Origin: Candidatus Falkowbacteria bacterium RIFOXYD12_FULL_34_57
GTDB lineage: Bacteria > Patescibacteriota > Patescibacteriia > Patescibacteriales > UBA12075
Direction of reading: 5' to 3'
Length of the DNA: 64,000 bases
Assembly: GCA_001780285.1 (NCBI GenBank)
Contig: MFGN01000017.1
Coordinates: 37,687-101,686 of the forward strand
Positions 19,768 to 28,614 of this stretch are shown in pieces. The position numbers were made by a program, and so were the translations under genes. A model generated the notes under the pieces. The model did not search any database, was not told the DNA's origin, and saw only the letters and a program-made list of their open reading frames with translations. The number at the start of each line of letters is the position of its first letter. Position 1 is the first letter of the stretch.

Positions 19768-21039
19768 TTATTCATTTCTTAGGGCTTCTATTGGATCTAA
19801 CTTGGCTGCTTTCCTGGCTGGATAAACACCAAAACCAATACCAAATACAAACGCGAAGCCAAGTGACACAAAATAAGCCTTAATTGGTACAATAAAAGAC
19901 CAATCTAATCCAAAATAATTAGCTCCTATTGATATAAAATATGATGCTCCAACGCCAAACAAAATCCCCACAATACCGCCCATGGTTGTAATTAACACCG
20001 ACTCTATTAAAAACTGTGTCATAATATTGTTATATGTCGCACCCACCGCCTTACGAAGACCTATCTCACCAGTTCTCTCAGTAACAACCACATACATAAT
20101 ATTTAAAATACCCACCCCCCCCACAACTAAGGAAATAGCTACAATGGCGAGCAGTAATAATGTTAAAGCTCCCATAATAGTGTCCATCATACTCATCATT
20201 TCTATCATGGTAACCACGCGAAAATCATCTTTATTGTAATCATCTTGTTTTTCAACCTTAATATCATGATTTTCGCGTAAAAGCATTCTCATTTCCGAAG
20301 CTGTTTCTTCCACCTTGCTCATATCTTCTACTTGACTTAAAAAATACGATAAATAATCAATACCCATCACTCTTTTTTGTAAAGTTCTTACCGGCACATA
20401 AACATAATCATCAAAGTCCATTCCCATTACAGCTCCCCGTTCTTTCATTACTCCAATAACCCGAAATTTACTTTTTCGAATCTTAACCATTTTGCCGATT
20501 GGATCACTGTCACCAAATAGCTTCTCTTTCATTTTTGAACCCAAAACCACTACCCGCGCCAAAGATTTGTCCTCTTCTTCCGTAAAAAATCTTCCATTTT
20601 CTATCTCACTTTTATCAATGTCAATATAACTAGCGCTTGTGCCAAAAATAAATGCTTTTTTTAATTCACTACCGCTACTCACTTGTTCTTGACCCATAAT
20701 ACCGGCATAATTATTTTTTATATTTGGCAGCTTACGTACTTCCATCATATCTTCTATGGTTAGTGTGGTAATCTGTATTCCTTGCACTAAATCAGTAGAG
20801 CCGGCAGCACTGGTGTTGGAAATTTTTTTGTTTGTTGGCACTTTGATTTCAGTTTGTATAACATCAGTGCCAAAAGTTTCAATCTGGTTTACTAAAAGTT
20901 TTTTTATACCCTCTCCGGCAGAATAAACAATAATTACACTAGCTATTCCGATTACGATACCTAAAATAGTTAAAGCGGTTCTAACCTTGCTCGCCTTCAT
21001 AGAAATTAAACTATTCTTTATTAAAATCAATGTTTTCAT
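19768..21039 (-). CDS. ABC transporter permease, FtsX/MacB-like
   Basis: MacB_PCD-type large periplasmic loop after TM1 and C-terminal FtsX domain with 3 TMs. Confidence 0.8.
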   Translation of the reverse strand: MKTLILIKNSLISMKASKVRTALTILGIVIGIASVIIVYSAGEGIKKLLVNQIETFGTDVIQTEIKVPTNKKISNTSAAGSTDLVQGIQITTLTIEDMMEVRKLPNIKNNYAGIMGQEQVSSGSELKKAFIFGTSASYIDIDKSEIENGRFFTEEEDKSLARVVVLGSKMKEKLFGDSDPIGKMVKIRKSKFRVIGVMKERGAVMGMDFDDYVYVPVRTLQKRVMGIDYLSYFLSQVEDMSKVEETASEMRMLLRENHDIKVEKQDDYNKDDFRVVTMIEMMSMMDTIMGALTLLLLAIVAISLVVGGVGILNIMYVVVTERTGEIGLRKAVGATYNNIMTQFLIESVLITTMGGIVGILFGVGASYFISIGANYFGLDWSFIVPIKAYFVSLGFAFVFGIGFGVYPARKAAKLDPIEALRNE

Positions 21040-21090
21040 AACAAATCACTTTAACAATATAGCAATATAGTTAATTTAAAATTTTTTACA

Positions 21091-22353
21091 TTATTCATAT
21101 CTAAGTGCCTCAACCGGCTCCAATCTACTGGCTTTTTGAGCAGGATAAAGGCCAAATACAAGTCCCACAATAGCTGAAACACCTACGGCTAAAAATACTG
21201 ACAAAAAAGAAACTACAAAAGACCAGTTGTAACCAAGATAATTTGCGACCACAGAAATAACAAATGAAATAATTATTCCACACACAATACCAATCACCCC
21301 CCCAAACAATGTAACTGTAATTGCTTCCAATAAGAATTGACTCATAATATTACCATTATTGGCTCCTACTGCTTTTCTAAGTCCTATTTCCCTAGTTCGC
21401 TCAGTAACCGATACTAACATAATATTCATAATTCCAATTCCACCAACAAGTAGAGAAAGAGCGGCCATGGCGGCCAAAAAATATTTAAGTGCATCTGTTA
21501 TTACGGTTATCATATCTAGAGCCTGAGCAGCGCTACGCGCAGTAAAATCATCGTCTGCACCGCTTTGATTTGTAATATCATGTCTTTCGCGTAATGTTAT
21601 CTTAATATCTTCAATTGCTCGATCCACATTATCTGGTGAATCAACCTTGGCACGAATCATTCCGATATGATGTACTCCGGCAATTAATTTTTGTACGGTA
21701 ATAATGGGTGCTAAAATCTTGTCATCGTAATCCTGAAAGGCAACAGTTCCTCTCTCCTTCATTATCCCTATTACTTCAAAATAATGTTTTTTAATCTTTA
21801 TTCTTTGCCCTATTGCTTCGGAATCACCAAATAAATCCCGTTTTACCTCACTACCCAACACCACAACTTTAGATAAATTACGCTCTTCATCCTTAGTAAA
21901 GAAACGTCCGCTTTCCACCTCTCCCCCCTCTACACCCAAATATCCATCAGTGGTTCCTGTAAGTGTGCCCTCAAAACTATTTGACCCCCACTCCAGCGTT
22001 GCCGCCGCACTGGAATATGCCGCTACTTCTTCCAAATTTGGCACATTCTTCTTTAATTTTAAAGCCATGGCATCATCATATGTAAGTGTGGTAATCACAA
22101 TACCCATAGCCGATGTCGGTGGGCCATCTTCACCAGAATTACCAGGAAGTACCCCCACTAAATTACTTCCCAAACTTTGAATTTGAGCTAAAATTAAACT
22201 TTGTGCACCAGCACCGACGGCCATAATAACAATAACCGCGCCCACCCCAATAATAATGCCAAGCATTGTTAAAAAACTTCTTGTTTTATTGGCAAGAAGC
22301 GCTACAAATGATATTCTAATGGCCTGTCTATAATAATCAAACATAAATTTCAA
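21091..22353 (-). CDS. ABC transporter permease, FtsX/MacB-like (paralog)
   Basis: Same architecture as the adjacent permease; about 35% identity. Confidence 0.8.
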   Translation of the reverse strand: MKFMFDYYRQAIRISFVALLANKTRSFLTMLGIIIGVGAVIVIMAVGAGAQSLILAQIQSLGSNLVGVLPGNSGEDGPPTSAMGIVITTLTYDDAMALKLKKNVPNLEEVAAYSSAAATLEWGSNSFEGTLTGTTDGYLGVEGGEVESGRFFTKDEERNLSKVVVLGSEVKRDLFGDSEAIGQRIKIKKHYFEVIGIMKERGTVAFQDYDDKILAPIITVQKLIAGVHHIGMIRAKVDSPDNVDRAIEDIKITLRERHDITNQSGADDDFTARSAAQALDMITVITDALKYFLAAMAALSLLVGGIGIMNIMLVSVTERTREIGLRKAVGANNGNIMSQFLLEAITVTLFGGVIGIVCGIIISFVISVVANYLGYNWSFVVSFLSVFLAVGVSAIVGLVFGLYPAQKASRLEPVEALRYE

Positions 22354-22409
22354 ACTTAAAACTCAAAACTAATTTATAATAATTTTATTTGGGTTTTAAA
22401 TTTTGAACT

Positions 22410-23123
22410 TTATTTAAGTATTTCTCCATCTTTTGCCCATCTTCTGTGGCTTACCCTTTGATCATCCACTATAAGACCATCTTTCACATGGATAATGCGT
22501 TCAGCATGTTCTGCTGTATAAGTTTCGTGAGTAACAAGTATAATAGTATTCCCCTCTTTGTTTAATCTTTGTAATATTTCCATAACCTGAATTCCAGATT
22601 TAGAGTCTAAATTTCCAGTTGGCTCATCTGCAAAAATAACCGAAGGATTATTAACCAGCGCCCTAGCTATTGCTACTCGTTGTTTTTCCCCCCCTGATAT
22701 TTGATTTGTATAATAATTTAATCTGTGTTCCAATCCAACACTGGCAAGCACTTCTCGCGCCCTTTTTTCTATGTTTATCTTTTTTACAGAATAAGTAAGC
22801 GGTAATTTCACATTATCCAATACATTTGTACGAGACAACAAGTTAAACGACTGAAACACAAAGCCTATTTTTTCATTGCGCATAAGAGCAAGTTCATCAT
22901 CACCCAGTGTTGTTACATCCACTCCTTCAAATTCATATTTACCGAAAGTGGCGCGATCTAATAAACCCAGAATATGCATAAGTGTTGACTTCCCAGAACC
23001 AGAAGGTCCCATAATGGCTATAAACTCACCTTTGTTAAGTGAAAAAGAAACACCCTGCAAGACCTTAGTTACCACCTCCCCCGTAATGAACTCTTTTTTT
23101 AAATTTTGCACATTAATCAACAT
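22410..23123 (-). CDS. ABC transporter ATP-binding protein (MacB/LolD-type)
   Basis: Walker A GPSGSGKST, signature LSGGEKQRVAIARAL, Walker B IIFADEPTGNLD. Confidence 0.9.
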   Translation of the reverse strand: MLINVQNLKKEFITGEVVTKVLQGVSFSLNKGEFIAIMGPSGSGKSTLMHILGLLDRATFGKYEFEGVDVTTLGDDELALMRNEKIGFVFQSFNLLSRTNVLDNVKLPLTYSVKKINIEKRAREVLASVGLEHRLNYYTNQISGGEKQRVAIARALVNNPSVIFADEPTGNLDSKSGIQVMEILQRLNKEGNTIILVTHETYTAEHAERIIHVKDGLIVDDQRVSHRRWAKDGEILK

Positions 23124-23152
23124 ACCCCTTGATATTAAAAATCAAAAATCTA

Positions 23153-23425
23153 TTAGTTTGTGAATTCCACAAATCTTTTCTCACCCTCCGTTAAACGTTC
23201 CCAAAGATCCGCATCTCTTTCTTTTAAATCTATAATTCTATCCCTAAGGTGGTTAGATAATAAATTTAAATTTTCCTCATTTTCATTGGCCGCCTCATAA
23301 ATAGCCTCATCTTCATCGGGCATAGAAACCTTAAAAAATAATTCCCAAAGCCTTTTTTTGTTATCATCTAAATTAGATGTAAATATTAAAGTGTTTAATT
23401 TTTCTTTATATGTTTTTGTTGCCAT
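23153..23425 (-). CDS. Small acidic helical hypothetical protein (90 aa)
   Basis: ORF between HlyD and ABC ATPase genes in the same orientation. Confidence 0.35.
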   Translation of the reverse strand: MATKTYKEKLNTLIFTSNLDDNKKRLWELFFKVSMPDEDEAIYEAANENEENLNLLSNHLRDRIIDLKERDADLWERLTEGEKRFVEFTN

Positions 23426-23464
23426 ATTTTATAAATTATTATTTTTTAATAAAAATTCGCTCAA

Positions 23465-23596
23465 TTACTTCTCTTGAGCATTTAATCTTTTCTCTAATTC
23501 CTCCTTTGAAAAAACATTACTTAAGACTTGCTCAGCCCTTTCTAAATTTTTTGTTTTTTCATTAAATCCTCCTAAAATTTCCATTTTTTCATTCAT
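23465..23596 (-). CDS. Possible small ORF (43 aa, MNEKMEILGGFNEKTKNLERAEQVLSNVFSKEELEKRLNAQEK)
   Basis: ATG-initiated frame found by eye between HlyD stop and the 90-aa ORF; below the ORF-track size cutoff. Confidence 0.2.
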   Translation of the reverse strand: MNEKMEILGGFNEKTKNLERAEQVLSNVFSKEELEKRLNAQEK

Positions 23597-23616
23597 AAGT
23601 TTAGTATAGTTTATTA

Positions 23617-25512
23617 TTAATTATCTTTTTGTATATAGGTAACCACCTCTTCACCTTCGTTTAGTCCTGATAATATCTCTATAACACCTTCGTCACCCCT
23701 AAGTCCAATAGTTACTTGTTTTTCTTGTATTTCATTATTTTTTAAAACTCGCACCACTTTACCATCCCCATTCTTATCGATCACCGCCCTGCTTGGCACA
23801 ACCAACACATCATTCTTTTCTTGTGTAGTCACAACAACATTGGCAGTCATTCCTGATTTTATTTCATATTCCCCCGAATCAAATACAACAATCACCTTAT
23901 AATATATTACATCTTGCACCTTGGTTTCTGCTGGTTCAATAAATTCTACAAAACCAATAAACTCTATATCATCACCAAAAGAATCTAGAGTAATAATAGA
24001 TTTATCTCCTTTGTTTACCTTGGCGATATCAGCTTCTGAAATCAAAACCTCTATTTCAAAGTTATTGCCGCCTAAAATAGAAACTACATTTGTTCCAGAC
24101 ATAACCTGTTCCCCAATTTCAAAATCTAATTTGGTAATCTGGCCATCAATTGGCGCTTTTATAATACTATTTTCGATTTGTTGATTAATATTACTAAGCG
24201 CCGCTTCTGACTGCCTAATCTTCGCTTGTGACAATGTAATGTCATATTTATTAGCTGTCGCCTTTACCTTATTCTCCTGAGCCACGGATACCTGCCAAGC
24301 CTCTAAAGCAGTATCAATCTTAGATTCTGCCGCTGTCATGCTTTGTTCTCCTGCAAATTCAGCATCAAAAAGATTGTTGCGAGCATTCTTCACGGCATCA
24401 CTGTAGGCAACTTCCGCTTTTTCCAAAGTACTTTTGGCCGTATCTGTGTTGGTGGTATAAGCAAGTATCGCGCCGTCCAGATTTTGCTTGGCTGTTTGTA
24501 TTTGGGAAATTGCTGTATTTACCAATGTTTGTTGTGTGGTAATACCAGATTTTAATGTATCTAAATAACTTTGAGTAAAAGAGGAAGATGTTACACTATT
24601 TTCTAATGCATTAAAACAATTTTGCAACGATGAATAGGTTTTATTTAGAACATTCAGTGTTTTACTGGTTAGGTCACTAACATTTTCAGCGGTATCATTT
24701 AATTTAGTAGAAATCAGAGCACTATTTGCAATGGCAAGTAGCGCCAATCCTTCCGTATATGTATTTTTAGTATTTGTGACATAAATTTGCTCCTTAATTC
24801 CAATTTTATCCTCTCCATCTTCATCGTTTATAGTTCTGTCAGAAACATCAAGGGCGTTATTGGCAATCGTTAATTTATCCTCAACAATGGTAAATGCTGA
24901 TTCTTTATAATTATCTATAGATTGTTGATAGGTTGATATGGTGTTATTTAAGGCTATCTGGGCGCTGTCAATTGCTTGTTCATGGGTAGTAATATCTTCA
25001 TCGGTTTTACTAACCAAATCACTATATGTTTTTTTAGACTGTGCTATGTTCTCATCTACTGTATTCCTTACTTTTTCTAATTCTTTTTTTGCTAACTCAT
25101 AAGTAATTTGCGCCTGTCTAGTACTAGCTTCGGCTACCACTATATCTTCTTTCGTCGCACCAGCTAACAACTTATTTAAATTAGCGCGAGCCACATCTAA
25201 ATTAGCTTGTGCCTCTTCTCTGTTGGTAGCCAAACTACTATAATCAAGTTCGGCGAGCACTGCTCCACTTTTTACACTATCACCGACTTTATAATATATT
25301 TTTTCCAGCTTACCAGTATTTAAAAAACTTAAATTTAACTCATTTACTGCTTTTACCGTTCCTGTTTCACTTACGGTTTGTAAAATGTTGCCCTTCTGAA
25401 CCAAAACCGTAGTATAAACCGTTTTTTCACTTTTTGTGGCAATAAAATAAATAACCATAGTACCCAAAATGGTTAATATTACTAAAATAATAAAAGATTT
25501 TTTTATTGTCAT
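23617..25512 (-). CDS. HlyD-family membrane fusion / periplasmic adaptor protein (MacA-like) with extended coiled-coil
   Basis: N-terminal TM, biotinyl/lipoyl-like half-domains at both ends, very long alpha-helical hairpin (about 350 aa), C-terminal beta-barrel. Confidence 0.8.
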   Translation of the reverse strand: MTIKKSFIILVILTILGTMVIYFIATKSEKTVYTTVLVQKGNILQTVSETGTVKAVNELNLSFLNTGKLEKIYYKVGDSVKSGAVLAELDYSSLATNREEAQANLDVARANLNKLLAGATKEDIVVAEASTRQAQITYELAKKELEKVRNTVDENIAQSKKTYSDLVSKTDEDITTHEQAIDSAQIALNNTISTYQQSIDNYKESAFTIVEDKLTIANNALDVSDRTINDEDGEDKIGIKEQIYVTNTKNTYTEGLALLAIANSALISTKLNDTAENVSDLTSKTLNVLNKTYSSLQNCFNALENSVTSSSFTQSYLDTLKSGITTQQTLVNTAISQIQTAKQNLDGAILAYTTNTDTAKSTLEKAEVAYSDAVKNARNNLFDAEFAGEQSMTAAESKIDTALEAWQVSVAQENKVKATANKYDITLSQAKIRQSEAALSNINQQIENSIIKAPIDGQITKLDFEIGEQVMSGTNVVSILGGNNFEIEVLISEADIAKVNKGDKSIITLDSFGDDIEFIGFVEFIEPAETKVQDVIYYKVIVVFDSGEYEIKSGMTANVVVTTQEKNDVLVVPSRAVIDKNGDGKVVRVLKNNEIQEKQVTIGLRGDEGVIEILSGLNEGEEVVTYIQKDN

Positions 25513-25524
25513 ATATTTTAATAT

Positions 25525-25923
25525 TTAATTATGATTATTATCTATAATTTTTTTAACTTTGGTCACAAAATCATCAATGATAAAATCTGTTTTTACAAAA
25601 AAATAATCAGCACCCAAGTCAACACAATGCCTTCTTATGTTATCACTACTAAAATCAGCAAAAACAAATACGGGGGTAGATAAATGTCCATATATATGCT
25701 CATCGTTTTTTATCATTTTTAAAATATCAAAACCGGAAACTTGTGGTAATACAAGATCTAAAATAATAAAATCCGGTTTAAATTTTACAATATTATGTCT
25801 TATAATATTTATATCCCCATCTCCAAAACTTGTTCTTGTTTCAAAACCCAAAACACTAAACTTGGCTTTTAAACTGGCCAAAATAGTAACATCATCTTCA
25901 ATTATAAAAATCTTATCTTTCAT
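25525..25923 (-). CDS. Stand-alone response-regulator receiver domain (CheY-like)
   Basis: IIEDD...D(FIILD)...K receiver motifs, 132 aa, no output domain, no histidine kinase in window. Confidence 0.8.
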   Translation of the reverse strand: MKDKIFIIEDDVTILASLKAKFSVLGFETRTSFGDGDINIIRHNIVKFKPDFIILDLVLPQVSGFDILKMIKNDEHIYGHLSTPVFVFADFSSDNIRRHCVDLGADYFFVKTDFIIDDFVTKVKKIIDNNHN

Positions 25924-25980
25924 AAAATTTTTTGAATTTTCTATCTATTTATTATACCACAAAATACAACACAAAAAAAC

Positions 25981-26009
25981 TTGACACAACATTAAAAACA
26001 TGATATATT
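25981..26009 (+). promoter_or_regulatory. Near-consensus sigma70 promoter with extended -10
   Basis: TTGACA (25981-25986), 17-nt spacer ending in TGa, TATATT (26004-26009). Confidence 0.6.
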
Positions 26010-26046
26010 GAAATTCTACCCTAAAAACCCAACAAAGGAGGCTTGC

Positions 26047-26277
26047 ATGGCAAACACAAAAAAACACGAGCAATTTCCCGTACTTTTTAATAATGGTAAA
26101 ATAAAAATTTACCACAACCACTGTGATGAAATCTTCATTGAAAATCCCAAATCCGGCGTTCACATCAGACTAGACATACATCCTTATGGTAAAGGAGGCT
26201 TGGAATTTACTACCCATGATCGCGTCGAGCCAATACGGGTTAGCAATATGATCGGATGGTCAATCATCCCTCGATAA
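26047..26277 (+). CDS. Small hypothetical protein (76 aa) behind strong promoter and RBS
   Basis: RBS AAAGGAGG (26034-26041) 5 nt before ATG 26047; track ORF starts earlier at 26008 but has no RBS there. Confidence 0.55.
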   Translation: MANTKKHEQFPVLFNNGKIKIYHNHCDEIFIENPKSGVHIRLDIHPYGKGGLEFTTHDRVEPIRVSNMIGWSIIPR

Positions 26278-26287
26278 CAACCAACTA

Positions 26288-26325
26288 CCCCCATTTAGAA
26301 AAATTCTACTTGGGGAATTTTTATT
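26288..26325 (+). terminator. Rho-independent terminator (two-tier hairpin)
   Basis: cccca...tgggg outer stem and tagaa/ttcta inner stem, followed by AATTTTTATTATT. Confidence 0.5.
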
Positions 26326-26375
26326 ATTCAAAATAAAAACACATATCTTAAAATGTGCTAAAATTTTGTTATTTA

Positions 26376-26774
26376 TTAATTTTTATTAAATATATATTTC
26401 TTAAAAATTTTCTTAGTAGCCGGCCATATATTCATCTTCCCCATTTCTTCTTTGGTAAAAAAACCCACATCTTTTAATTCTCTAGAATCAATATTAAAAT
26501 TATAACTATCTATTTCACAAAGATACCAGGAAGTTTTTTGGTTTTTGATATCACTATCAGTGTCAACTATTTTTTTAGCTTTAATTATGTTCACATTTAA
26601 TTCTTCCTTTGTTTCCCGTTTTAATGCCCCTAGTTCGCCCTCTCCCTCATCAACATGCCCGCCAACAGGATAATAATATCCTGTATATTTGCCAAAATCC
26701 TTAATAGAACTAACTAATAAATAAGATTCTGGTTTAGTATTTTTAATAATAATCCCAACAACTACATGTGTCAT
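26376..26774 (-). CDS. NUDIX hydrolase
   Basis: Nudix box GHVDEGEGELGALKRETKEELNV. Confidence 0.8.
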   Translation of the reverse strand: MTHVVVGIIIKNTKPESYLLVSSIKDFGKYTGYYYPVGGHVDEGEGELGALKRETKEELNVNIIKAKKIVDTDSDIKNQKTSWYLCEIDSYNFNIDSRELKDVGFFTKEEMGKMNIWPATKKIFKKYIFNKN

Positions 26775-26904
26775 AAAATCATTTTGAATTTAAAATAAAC
26801 CCGAATGTACAACTAATTTTAGTTGTTTCCTAAACAAGTAGAAAAAACCACTAAAATAGTAAAACAATAAAAATTAATTGCATGCTCGGGTCTATAATTA
26901 TTCT

Positions 26905-27516
26905 TTAAGCAAATTTCCTAATTACCCCTCTGACAACTCCCTGAATAAGCGGATCTTTGGCGTAAAACGGCTTCATGGTGGAATTTGCCGGTTGTAGACG
27001 GATACGATTCGCTTCCCGATAAAATCTTTTCAAGGTCGCATAGGCGTTATCCAATAATGCCACCACGATATCCCCGTTTCTGGGAGACGGGTTGCGTTCT
27101 ACTACCACAAAATCACCATCCAAGATACCATCTTCAATCATGGACTCGCCCCTCACACGCAAAACATAACTATTGGCCTCATCTCGAACCATGTCGCTTG
27201 GAACATCCACTCTTTCCTTTTCCTCTATTGCCTCTATCGGTTCTCCGGCGGTTATAAGTCCTGCCAGGGGAAGCTCTATTGCTTGAGCATAATTCACAAT
27301 TTCATTTACCAACTCTATAGACCTAGCTGAATTGTACGATGCTTTAAGAAATCCCTTTTTCTTGAGATTATTAATGTGTTCATGGATGGTAGCCGGAGAA
27401 GAAAGATTAAAATACTCCCCTATTTCCCGAAGGGAAGGAGCATAGCCATGATCATTCATAAACTCAGTAATAAAGTCTAAAATCTCTCTTTGTCTTTTTG
27501 ATAAATTTATACCCAT
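26905..27516 (-). CDS. lexA: LexA repressor (S24 peptidase)
   Basis: N-terminal winged HTH, Ala-Gly cleavage region, catalytic S (GESM) and K of the S24 domain. Confidence 0.9.
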   Translation of the reverse strand: MGINLSKRQREILDFITEFMNDHGYAPSLREIGEYFNLSSPATIHEHINNLKKKGFLKASYNSARSIELVNEIVNYAQAIELPLAGLITAGEPIEAIEEKERVDVPSDMVRDEANSYVLRVRGESMIEDGILDGDFVVVERNPSPRNGDIVVALLDNAYATLKRFYREANRIRLQPANSTMKPFYAKDPLIQGVVRGVIRKFA

Positions 27517-27531
27517 ATTTTTTCTGATAAT

Positions 27532-27548
27532 TAATCAATGATTGATTA
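27532..27548. promoter_or_regulatory. Candidate LexA operator: palindrome TAATCAAT-G-ATTGATTA overlapping the predicted lexA -10
   Basis: Perfect 8-bp arms around a central G, 16-32 bp upstream of the lexA ATG; it overlaps a minus-strand extended -10-like TGtGATAAT (27545-27553). Confidence 0.35.
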
Positions 27549-27567
27549 TCACAGTTTTAATTAGATT

Positions 27568-27625
27568 ATTTCCAGCCGATTATCTAAGAGTTGAATAAAT
27601 GGCTGGTCCGCCTTTAGCGGATAAT
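27568..27625. repeat. GC-rich hairpin motif family member: ATTTCCAGCC-N23-GGCTGGTCCGCC-TTTA-GCGGA
   Basis: Collinear with the copy at 55512-55564 (identical ATTTCCAGCC and GGCTGGTCCGCC boxes, compensatory loop and stem change); lies 50-110 bp upstream of lexA. Confidence 0.55.
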
Positions 27626-27641
27626 TTTTTAATTTATTGAA

Positions 27642-27677
27642 CCAATCTGTTTATACAGATTGGGATTTTTTATTTTG
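27642..27677 (+). terminator. Terminator-like hairpin in ORF-free region (ccaatctgt-ttat-acagattgg + T-run)
   Basis: Perfect 9-bp stem then GATTTTTTATTTT on plus strand; no plus-strand CDS upstream, so it may end a short non-coding transcript. Confidence 0.35.
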
Positions 27678-28121
27678 AGTTATGGATACTGTTCAGTTGT
27701 CCACAACCAATACTCGAGCCTACTTTAATTATACACGAACAAAAACCGAAAGTCAAATCCAAAAAAATACACCATAATTTTTGGCTCCGCTAAAGCTACA
27801 CCAAAGCCCCGGAATGACAATAAATTTAAATAAAATCTAAGATGGTTTACTTTCATTCCAATATTAAGCCCTAAATTATAACAAATTGAATTATTGTTAA
27901 AAATTAGGTAAAATGTTTATATGGTTATAACTTATTCGTTTACCTAAAAAGACACCAGATGTCCAGCCAGCACACAAATATTTTTAAATAAGCATTAACA
28001 TTTAAAGCCTAATTGAGGGCTAAATTTTGTACACAGAACATCAGACGTCTATAAAAACACAAAATTCTATCAAACGCGTAAATCTTAATAGTATTAAATA
28101 ACATACAATATAACACATAAT

Positions 28122-28607
28122 ATGCACAAAAAAATAATTATCATTTCTCTTCTGTTTGTTTGTACTGCCTGTACAAATCAAGCTTTAAATCAAAAAACAC
28201 CCCCCCCAAACTCCGAAGACACCACAAAAGAAGAACCTGTTGTCGGCGGTACTTGTGCCTATAAAAAAATTGCCGGTAGTTGCCGAATTACCTATCTTTC
28301 TAAAACCACCGCCTCAATTGCTCAAGCTGCTATCAGTGGCGGACCTGGTTATGAAGGTTATGAAGTAAAATACAAATTTACTCCACAGAATCCAAACCTC
28401 ATTGACAATGAAGATATATTATCTCGAGAGCATATATTCCTTTTAGCTAATTCTTGGTATCCCGGGGAGAAATATCTGGAAAAATATAAAATCGCAGAAG
28501 GTAATGTCTTCGACTGCGAACTGGCAAAAATCAGCAAAGGAACCTGCACCCCGAATATATTATCCATAAATGAAATAAATAATGCCGATTATTTTGAAAC
28601 TAAATAA
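28122..28607 (+). CDS. Secreted Cys-rich lipoprotein-like protein (161 aa)
   Basis: Signal peptide ending ...FVCTAC, 8 Cys in mature part. Confidence 0.45.
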   Translation: MHKKIIIISLLFVCTACTNQALNQKTPPPNSEDTTKEEPVVGGTCAYKKIAGSCRITYLSKTTASIAQAAISGGPGYEGYEVKYKFTPQNPNLIDNEDILSREHIFLLANSWYPGEKYLEKYKIAEGNVFDCELAKISKGTCTPNILSINEINNADYFETK

Positions 28608-28614
28608 TTATAAT

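Noticed and set aside
25945-26163. 72-aa minus-strand ORF overlapping the strong promoter and the 5' half of the 26047 gene
   Set aside because: Overlaps a gene with clear promoter and RBS; Cys/Phe-rich low-complexity translation
27642-27663. E. coli-type LexA box CTGT-N-ACAG in the hairpin ccaatCTGTttatACAGattgg
   Set aside because: The spacer is 4 nt instead of 8 and it lies 130 bp from the lexA start; the promoter-overlapping TAATCAATGATTGATTA palindrome is the better operator candidate
28582-28614. Track start of the PLD-family gene at 28582
   Set aside because: It would overlap the upstream lipoprotein gene by 26 nt; the next ATG at 28615 removes the overlap. Either is possible, so the feature carries reduced confidence
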